Source: Candidatus Thorarchaeota archaeon
Lineage (GTDB): Archaea; Asgardarchaeota; Heimdallarchaeia; Hodarchaeales; Hodarchaeaceae
Reading direction: 5' to 3'
Assembly (NCBI GenBank): GCA_048882505.1
Contig: JBHLRO010000008.1
Coordinates: 90,001-122,000 of the forward strand
DNA length: 32,000 nucleotides
In this document: positions 25,217-32,000 of the stretch, in pieces
How the letters are laid out: each line of letters opens with the position of its first letter
How positions within the stretch are numbered: the first letter of the stretch is position 1
The notes under the pieces: model-generated
What the model was told of the DNA's origin: nothing
Database searches by the model: none
Seen by the model: the letters and a program-made list of their open reading frames with translations, nothing else
Program-made: the position numbers and the translations under genes

Positions 25217-26599
25217 ATGGCAAAAGAAAAAGCCCGACTGAAGATAACCAAGTGTTCTGCATGCGGAAAAGAGGTACCCGAAGCTAAATTTTGCATGAAC
25301 TGTGGAAAAGATTTAACTCAAAGCATCTCTCAAGTGCCAACTGAAAAGAATCTGATAATTCCATGTCCTTTTTGCAATCGGAACGTCCCGCACACAGCTT
25401 TCTGTATTGCCTGTGGAAATCCCCTTCAGAAAGATATTGAACACGACCCGGTCAAAAAGGATTCTTACCCTACGGAAGAGGACCAGGAACTTGTTGTTTG
25501 TCCTCTATGTCGAGAGAAAATACCGACGGATCATAAATATTGTCATTTGTGCGGAGCTACAATTAAGAAAGATGATTCGGGCTTTGTTTTGGAAGAACCA
25601 AATCGTTTGGTCTGTCCTCAATGTCTAAAACCAAATTCCCCGACATCTGGACATTGCATTTATTGTGGTAGCAGACTCTCTCTTCAAAAAGAAAAAACGA
25701 CGAACATCACGAAGCCCTTCAACGGCTTTCAATATGATGTCCCTTATTTCTTTGAACCCGCGTCATTACCTTTATCTTCTCTCCGTCAAGCCTCAATGCG
25801 AAGTATTTTTCCGATAAAAAGTACGATCGTCCATTCTACGTACTTTGGTGTTAAATCCAAGGCAAGACGTATTAATTTTTTCGCTAGAAATTTCGGTGGT
25901 TATGATATCTCAAATTTAACCAATTACCTCGGCGCTTTTTTGTTGGTGGCTGCTGTATACGTCTATTGGCACTCCTTCAGGTACTCTATTATCGGTACAA
26001 ACACTGCCGACCTTCCCACTGAAATTCTGTATACACTACTTATGGTAATGTTGTTGACGGCCTTGGTCATGCTGCCCACATGGCTTTCAACGTACCTGGT
26101 TTATCGATCTTCAGGCTACCGCCTTAAATTTAGACTTGATTCCAGTAGGATCCTTATGACGATCATATTTAACATCATTTGGCTTTTTATAATTCGAGGA
26201 TTCGGACCAATAATCCTACGGATGGGAGATTTCCAAAATCCTGCTAGCCGTATAGTTTTAAACAGACAGTTCAAGCGTGGCATCGTCATGGGAGTGATTA
26301 TTTCCACCGGAATAACAATACTTATTGCTGGTATAACCATCCTTGTTATGGGAATCCCTGGATCATTTGCTGGGCTGTTTTTACAGGGGGATCCATTAAA
26401 AAATCATGTTTTAATCTTATTTTTTGGAGCGACATGGATCCTATTGGTTTTATTGCTTCCAATTGGAGACTACTTTGATAAAATACTGAAAGAGTGGAAC
26501 ATCGTGGGTTATTTTATTCTGATTGCTATAAGTTTTCTCGTTTTGACACTTTCTTTTAATTTAATAAGCATTCTTGCCCAACCCTCCTATAACGCTTGA
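25217..26599 (+). CDS. Membrane protein with four double zinc ribbons and a C-terminal multi-pass domain resembling a degenerate M50 site-2 protease
   Basis: Eight CxxC pairs (CSAC/CMNC, CPFC/CIAC, CPLC/CHLC, CPQC/CIYC) followed by about six hydrophobic helices. Confidence 0.8.
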   Translation: MAKEKARLKITKCSACGKEVPEAKFCMNCGKDLTQSISQVPTEKNLIIPCPFCNRNVPHTAFCIACGNPLQKDIEHDPVKKDSYPTEEDQELVVCPLCREKIPTDHKYCHLCGATIKKDDSGFVLEEPNRLVCPQCLKPNSPTSGHCIYCGSRLSLQKEKTTNITKPFNGFQYDVPYFFEPASLPLSSLRQASMRSIFPIKSTIVHSTYFGVKSKARRINFFARNFGGYDISNLTNYLGAFLLVAAVYVYWHSFRYSIIGTNTADLPTEILYTLLMVMLLTALVMLPTWLSTYLVYRSSGYRLKFRLDSSRILMTIIFNIIWLFIIRGFGPIILRMGDFQNPASRIVLNRQFKRGIVMGVIISTGITILIAGITILVMGIPGSFAGLFLQGDPLKNHVLILFFGATWILLVLLLPIGDYFDKILKEWNIVGYFILIAISFLVLTLSFNLISILAQPSYNA

Positions 26600-26611
26600 T
26601 TCTTCAGCGTT

Positions 26612-29044
26612 TTAATCGCTTGGATAAATATTTCCAGAGTTTTGCTCTACCTTCTCAATAAAAAAGCACCATTTTTGGATTGTTGGTTGTGAAATGTTGT
26701 ATACTGGAAGGGCTTTAAACCGTAAATGCCATGGGATACCTTCATTCGTTAGTTTTTCGGCAGAAAATTCATTAACGATATTTTCAGCTTTTTGATACAA
26801 TATGTTCTGGAATTTTTCTCCCACTCCTGATTCTTTTAACTTTGGATGCTGAATGACATTAAGAGTTCGTACATCAACATTAAAATTCCCGAATAGCTCC
26901 TGTGCCTGTGAATTGTGGGATAAAACCTTACCTAGATTATCTACATATATGATCCCTTGATTAATGTTTTCTCTTAGAATGTTCAATTCTTGTTGGACTT
27001 GACGAAAGGATTCTTCGATTATTGACACCGCAGTTATGTCGGTTACCGTGACAACCGCGCCCACTACCTCACTATCAGCGAGGAGGGGTACCGAGGTGAC
27101 CTTTGATTTTACCTCTTTCCCCTTCCTCGTAAGATATGTTATGTCCATAAATGTTTCACTTCTATTTCCCCTCAACCTATCTTTAACCAATTCCTTGATA
27201 TGTTCGTGATCACGCTCTGGGAAAAAGCTATAAAGACTTCGACCTATTAATTCCCTACTAGATGTATATTCCAGGATCTTCGCCATGCGTGTGTTCGCCA
27301 TTGTCACTCTCTCTCTGCGATCCCAAACATAAACCCCCTCCGGGATGCTTGTGAGAATCTCCTCCAAAAACTCTTTAGTTGTTTGCAATTCTGAGGCTCT
27401 TGCTTTTTCCTCTGTAATGTCTCTGATAAATCCAAAAGTCTCTTGAATGTCTCCGCTAACACTCTGAATCGCCGCTCCCGTTACTAGCGTATGAATTAAT
27501 TTTCCAGATCTATGAAGGAAGGCTAATTCATAGGATTCTGGGAGTTCTTCTCCAGTCTCTCTACCATGGGTAGTTTCTTTTAACTTTTTGGCACTTTCTT
27601 GCGTTAAGAAATCAAGAACCGGGACTCCAATGATTTCGTGCGGAGAATATCCAAGCATCTTGGCCATACTTTCGTTTATGTAAGTAGTATTCTCATCAGG
27701 TACATCGCTCACCCAAACCCCAATGGGAGTCCTTTCGATGAGTACACGGAATCTTTGTGCGATAGCATTTCTCTCTGCTTCCGCAAAAACCCAGGCAGAG
27801 ATGTCTCGCATAACAAATGCTACTTGATATCCCGCTGAATGTTCGATTGTAAAGCCTCGTGATTCTATTATATGCTTAGAGTTATCGGCCCGGTTTGTAA
27901 TCGAATACATCAGTTCAGAATGACGTTCTGAGGATGAAGGATCGAGTATGTTTAGGAAACGCTCATGAAGCCAGTTTATATCTTTTGAATGAATTTCTCC
28001 TTGGCTTGGATCAAACTTACCAGGATTTAATTTAAGCATAATTTCCGAAACTGGTTTGCCTACTGTTTCTGCTTTTGATAGGCCACTTATTTGCGTGAAG
28101 GCCGAATTAACATCTAAAATCACTTCGTCCTTTGTCATCAAGACGATTCCTGTATCTATTAGTCCCTCAAATATTTTTCGATGTTTCTCTTCTGAATCAA
28201 TTAGAGCTTGTTGAGTCTGTATTGTGTGCGTGATATCAGTTGCCAATGCTTGAATTGCTCGAACTTCACCGGTCTTTTTGCCGTAGATTGGCCGTGCCGT
28301 TAGATCGAGGTGGATGATTTTGCCCTCTTTGGTAATCCCACGGAGGATGGTTCCAATGGTCAAAGATAGTCCGTCTTTGATTTTTTTTATCAAATCTGCC
28401 CATATAGGGCGATCTTCATCCATCGATAACTCTTTAAACGATAAATTCCCCATTTCCTCTCTATCATATCCGAATTTCAAAAAGAATTCAACATTTGCCT
28501 CCTTTAAAGTTCCCTGGGTATCAAAAATCAAAATTAAACCCGTTGAATTCTCGAATAGATCCCGATATCGGGCTTCAGATTTTTTAAGCTCGTTCTGCAA
28601 TCTATATCTGTCAATCGTCTGACGAATAGAAGTCGCCATAAGGGAATAATAACCTGGTTGAACCCGTTTGATGAAATACCCTGAAGCTCCCTGTAATAAT
28701 GCCTGTGATGCGATTTCCTCTGATCCTTGGCCGGTTATGAATATAACGGGGATATCAATTCTCAGTTCTTCCTGAAGTTTTCTTAGAAAATTAATTCCAT
28801 CAGCTGGCAAGACCATTTCATTAATCGTCAAGGTACCAGGCAATTTGTGATCGCATAGAATGCAGTCGAATGTCTCTACCTCAAGTTTTTCTAAGGCAGA
28901 TTTTGCTGAATATACTGTGGTTATTTTAAAACTAGGGTCTACATCACCAAATTTTTTCACCAGTAGCCCAAGGAACCACTCATCGTCATCTATGGCTAGT
29001 ATTTTCCTCTCGGATATCCCTGATGACATATTAGTTCCAATCAT
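26612..29044 (-). CDS. Response regulator receiver domain plus five PAS domains, with no kinase or DNA-binding output
   Basis: REC motifs ILAIDDD, DCILCD, FITGQG and YFIK. PAS starts at YRDLFEN, HRKIFEG, FRVLIER, LEEILTS and LRENINQG. ATG at 29044 (or 29029). Confidence 0.9.
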   Translation of the reverse strand: MIGTNMSSGISERKILAIDDDEWFLGLLVKKFGDVDPSFKITTVYSAKSALEKLEVETFDCILCDHKLPGTLTINEMVLPADGINFLRKLQEELRIDIPVIFITGQGSEEIASQALLQGASGYFIKRVQPGYYSLMATSIRQTIDRYRLQNELKKSEARYRDLFENSTGLILIFDTQGTLKEANVEFFLKFGYDREEMGNLSFKELSMDEDRPIWADLIKKIKDGLSLTIGTILRGITKEGKIIHLDLTARPIYGKKTGEVRAIQALATDITHTIQTQQALIDSEEKHRKIFEGLIDTGIVLMTKDEVILDVNSAFTQISGLSKAETVGKPVSEIMLKLNPGKFDPSQGEIHSKDINWLHERFLNILDPSSSERHSELMYSITNRADNSKHIIESRGFTIEHSAGYQVAFVMRDISAWVFAEAERNAIAQRFRVLIERTPIGVWVSDVPDENTTYINESMAKMLGYSPHEIIGVPVLDFLTQESAKKLKETTHGRETGEELPESYELAFLHRSGKLIHTLVTGAAIQSVSGDIQETFGFIRDITEEKARASELQTTKEFLEEILTSIPEGVYVWDRRERVTMANTRMAKILEYTSSRELIGRSLYSFFPERDHEHIKELVKDRLRGNRSETFMDITYLTRKGKEVKSKVTSVPLLADSEVVGAVVTVTDITAVSIIEESFRQVQQELNILRENINQGIIYVDNLGKVLSHNSQAQELFGNFNVDVRTLNVIQHPKLKESGVGEKFQNILYQKAENIVNEFSAEKLTNEGIPWHLRFKALPVYNISQPTIQKWCFFIEKVEQNSGNIYPSD

Positions 29045-29132
29045 GCTTATCTCACAATGTCCCGAGGCTCTACCCATTCCTGGGGCTTATATGTAAGGTT
29101 TTTTGTTTGAATTCGCCATGAGAGTTTGGGTC

Positions 29133-29381
29133 TCAGACTTTGTATACCTTATCGCCCTTTCTAACTCGTTCTGGAACCTTTAATCCAACCAAGGTTCCAG
29201 CAGAGACAGAATCCACGTCAGCACGATCTATCTGTAGACTTTCAACAACCATCTCAAAATCTGTGGTAGCTCCCCTAATAGAAAGCTTATCACCGATTTT
29301 TACCGATCCGTTTGTAACATTCAAGACAGCTACGCCAACCTTTGTGAAGTAGTTATCTATTTGTCCTATTTCTTCGTCCAT
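29133..29381 (-). CDS. Small translation elongation factor domain-2-like (beta-barrel) protein
   Basis: IGQIDNYFTKVGVAV ... VKIGDKLSIRG ... VESLQID ... VGLKVPERVRKGDKVYKV. ATG 29381 follows AGGTGA; TTTATAAA box at 29408-29415. Confidence 0.8.
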   Translation of the reverse strand: MDEEIGQIDNYFTKVGVAVLNVTNGSVKIGDKLSIRGATTDFEMVVESLQIDRADVDSVSAGTLVGLKVPERVRKGDKVYKV

Positions 29382-29602
29382 ACTTATCACCTAACATTTG
29401 GGCGGGTTTTATAAACACATTCTTATTATCTAGTGGCCGGAAAAGTTGTTTAAGGGCAGATTATTTGATTCGATCCGCCTTCGTCTGGTATAAAGATTAC
29501 TGGAAGTATGGATTCAAAAACCTTTTGAACCATCCAATACTTCCACTTGTATGTTCACTGTTTAATATATTTCCGTTAATGCACCTGTAATGGCATGGAG
29601 GC

Positions 29603-30649
29603 TTAAAGAAGTCTCTTCCACATCCTACGGATTTTTTCTTTCAAGGAGGATCCAGAAGATTTAGAAATTTCTTGAAACGTATCTAATAGATCTTCAGTAG
29701 ACAATGGATCGATAAGTTGTGACACGTAATCCAAATATTCCTTGACAAGAAGCTTTCTAAGCCCTGGTTTAATATCTTCAAGCACGTGGTTAGGAAGAGA
29801 CAGAAACGAATTCAGGAATTCGTGTTGATTGCAAAGCTGAGAAAACGAGGTGTCAAGAACGAGGAAGTAAACCTCACCATAAACAAATTCAAGACTGGAT
29901 AATATATGGGTACCAAATACCAAGCGTTTGGGTCTTGCTCCACCGAACAATGTCTGTACAAAATCAATTATCACCGATAGATACCCTGCTAGTATTACAT
30001 CCCTTTCGACATTCCATGAAATGGGCATTTCTCCGCCTCCGAACATAGACATAAGGGCCCATCCCTCGGGGGTAATTTGGTCGATCAGGCCCTTCTGTTT
30101 TCGCAAATTCCAGTGTAACAACAACAATTCTTCAAAAGAAAGCATTGAAAAATTGGAAGACCCTCTACCGCAGATTTGGCTAATCATCTCCCGATGTCCA
30201 GGATTAAGGTCAATGATAATGTTTTGGAAAATTGATTCTATTATTTTGGCTTCATTCTCTTGTTTCACGTTTGAAACTGCATGGGCGAACAAGATGGAGG
30301 CTTGACCTACAAGAACCGCCTTGATTTGTTCTGCCATTGTTTCAGGCAAGCCCTCCTTTGCAGAAATCAGCTTTAAAGTAATTGCTGCATCCGAACAAAC
30401 GAAAAAGAATTTATTCTGCAATGACACAATAAAGACTTCAGATGCCTTTAGGCCTGCATATTTTTTGACTTCAAATTCTATTGAAGCCACTGAATTTTCT
30501 CCGAAAATTTCTTGAGCGATATTGCCCAGTCCCCTTAAGAAATTGACCACAAAAGTTTTAAATTCATAGTCAGGGCTGCCAAATGACCACTCGATCTTAT
30601 TATCAAATACAAATAGTGCCCAATTTTCATCAGCGCGAATAGACTCCAC
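29603..30649 (-). CDS. Hypothetical protein with two predicted longin-like domains (paralog of the upstream gene)
   Basis: Two units with a beta-beta-alpha-beta-beta-beta-alpha pattern: FVVNFLRGLGNIAQEIFG..VASIEF and LAGYLSVIIDFVQTLFG..KRLVF. Aligns by eye with 30657-31781. Confidence 0.65.
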   Translation of the reverse strand: MESIRADENWALFVFDNKIEWSFGSPDYEFKTFVVNFLRGLGNIAQEIFGENSVASIEFEVKKYAGLKASEVFIVSLQNKFFFVCSDAAITLKLISAKEGLPETMAEQIKAVLVGQASILFAHAVSNVKQENEAKIIESIFQNIIIDLNPGHREMISQICGRGSSNFSMLSFEELLLLHWNLRKQKGLIDQITPEGWALMSMFGGGEMPISWNVERDVILAGYLSVIIDFVQTLFGGARPKRLVFGTHILSSLEFVYGEVYFLVLDTSFSQLCNQHEFLNSFLSLPNHVLEDIKPGLRKLLVKEYLDYVSQLIDPLSTEDLLDTFQEISKSSGSSLKEKIRRMWKRLL

Positions 30650-30656
30650 TTCCGGA

Positions 30657-31781
30657 TTAAAATCTTCCGAAAATACGCGAAAGTATTGTACGAACTTCTC
30701 CTTTCTTTCTTGGTTGATATCTTTTTTTGATCAGATCGTTAATTTCCTGTGTCTCAAGTATCTCTGATTCATATCCAATGATTTCATCGATTAGACGTTT
30801 ATGCAGAGAACTATAGAGGTCTTCTTGTACATGCCGGCTCATGCTAAAGTAGCGATCATGGAACTCATCGATCTGCATAAGGGAATGGACAGGAGTATCG
30901 ATAGCAAGGAAATATTCGTCCTTTCCATTCACAAAAAACAACCGATTGATATTATTGGTCCCAAACGTAATCTGTCCAGGACCACCTGTTTCAAATATCG
31001 ATTTTATGAAAGCAATTATGATTCCTAGATATCCCGCTAATACTACTGGATCACGATCTCTCACATTATAATCTAAATGGATTTCACCCCCAGAAAGATG
31101 ACTAACAAGGGCCCACCCCGATGATGACAATGGTTTTGTGAGCTCGGGCTGTTTTCTCAGATAGTAGTGTAAGTATAAGAGATGATCAAGTGGTAGCATG
31201 GAGAAATTACTTGAATTCTCAGAAACGATCTTGGGAATTTCCTCCTGATAGTTTGGATCGATGTCCAAGATTATGTCCTGCCATAATTTGGTGAGATAAT
31301 CTCTTCTATCAGCTGTCTCGGCTTCTGTTATACATTGCCCGTATATCATTGCAGCTTGGCCCACCAAAACTGCCGAGATAGCATCTTGGATATCTGTTGG
31401 GATTCCCCCTTTACCTTCTATCAATTTAAGTGTAATTTGAGGATCTGATAAAATTAAAAAGAATCTATTCATTAGACTAACAATGAATATTTCTGATGAC
31501 TGATGATAGGAACGTTTCTTGAGTTCAAATTCAATAGATGCGACTCCGTGTTGCCCGAACAATTCCTGACCGATTTGGCCAAGACCTGTTAAAAAATTGA
31601 CAACAAAGGTTTGAAACTCCTCATCAGGATCCCCAAAATGCCATTTTACCTCTTTCTCGATAACGAACAAACAGAAAAATTCATCTACTTTCATAAAAAG
31701 CGGATCCACTAAGCTAGATAAGGAGTCAGACTCCAATAATAATCTTTTTATTTTTTTTGCTAAGAGATAAAACCTCATCAA
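30657..31781 (-). CDS. Hypothetical protein with two predicted longin-like domains; true start probably 31709 (GTG) or 31694 (ATG)
   Basis: Shares TFVVNFL.GLG.I.QE.FG, VASIEFE.KK, ITLKLI, AVLVGQA, SSNFSML, LRKQ, GWAL.S, GGE and LAGYL with the downstream gene. A start at 31781 would leave only 25 bp to the divergent gene. Confidence 0.65.
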   Translation of the reverse strand: MMRFYLLAKKIKRLLLESDSLSSLVDPLFMKVDEFFCLFVIEKEVKWHFGDPDEEFQTFVVNFLTGLGQIGQELFGQHGVASIEFELKKRSYHQSSEIFIVSLMNRFFLILSDPQITLKLIEGKGGIPTDIQDAISAVLVGQAAMIYGQCITEAETADRRDYLTKLWQDIILDIDPNYQEEIPKIVSENSSNFSMLPLDHLLYLHYYLRKQPELTKPLSSSGWALVSHLSGGEIHLDYNVRDRDPVVLAGYLGIIIAFIKSIFETGGPGQITFGTNNINRLFFVNGKDEYFLAIDTPVHSLMQIDEFHDRYFSMSRHVQEDLYSSLHKRLIDEIIGYESEILETQEINDLIKKRYQPRKKGEVRTILSRIFGRF

Positions 31782-31806
31782 AGTCGTCGAAGTAATAACA
31801 GAAGAG

Positions 31807-32000
31807 ATGATTATGCTACCAAAACAGCTTAAAGCGTTACAAGGATCACCTACAGGTAAATTCTTCGCTATGGCAAAAGAAAGAGAGGCTGAAGGCTATC
31901 CCGTAATCCATCTGGAAATTGGCCAACCCGATTTCCAGCCACTTCCCCAGATTATTGATTCAACCATAAGAGCCATTACTGAGGGAAAAACTGCTTACAC
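31807..32000 (+). CDS. Class I/II PLP-dependent aminotransferase (aspartate aminotransferase-like), 5' part, runs off the window
   Basis: Not in the ORF track. Manual translation from ATG 31807 gives MIMLPKQLKALQGSPTGKFFAMAKEREAEGYPVIHLEIGQPDFQPLPQIIDSTIRAITEGKTAY, with the typical VIHLEIGQPDF and GKTxY motifs. Confidence 0.88.
   Translation, partial: MIMLPKQLKALQGSPTGKFFAMAKEREAEGYPVIHLEIGQPDFQPLPQIIDSTIRAITEGKTAY

Noticed and set aside
1-32000. tRNA, rRNA and CRISPR arrays
   Set aside because: No cloverleaf with a T-loop GTTCRA context, no rRNA-like sequence and no repeat-spacer array was recognised; most of the window is protein-coding.

Overview
Archaeal-type, low-GC, gene-dense window, most likely from an Asgard archaeon such as Heimdallarchaeia. 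This is an inference from the longin-like proteins, PGF-type C-terminal anchor, output-less REC-PAS protein, F420:NADP oxidoreductase and TATA-like promoters. In order it holds: a large anchored surface protein, a frameshifted inorganic pyrophosphatase remnant, a nitroreductase, a malic enzyme, and a radical SAM (TIGR03916-like) plus DUF4130 pair. Next is a minus-strand propionate cluster (Thr/Ser dehydratase, PduO-type adenosyltransferase, prpB-prpC-prpD). Then come two N6-adenine DNA methyltransferases with no restriction endonuclease, flanking a bacterial-type (class II) CCA-adding enzyme. The rest is npdG, a 7-blade propeller surface protein, a phosphohexomutase, a YdjM-like hydrolase, a 4x double-zinc-ribbon membrane protein, a REC-5xPAS protein, an EF-Tu-domain-2-like small protein, two tandem paralogous double-longin-like proteins, and the 5' end of a class I aminotransferase. 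The strongest novelty candidate is the CCA enzyme. It has a degenerate HD domain and is fused to what looks like a circularly permuted polynucleotide-kinase-like P-loop domain whose Walker A is at the extreme C-terminus, and it sits between the two orphan methyltransferases. No tRNA, rRNA, CRISPR array, integrase or transposase was recognised. All family assignments come from reading motifs by eye; no database searches were run.
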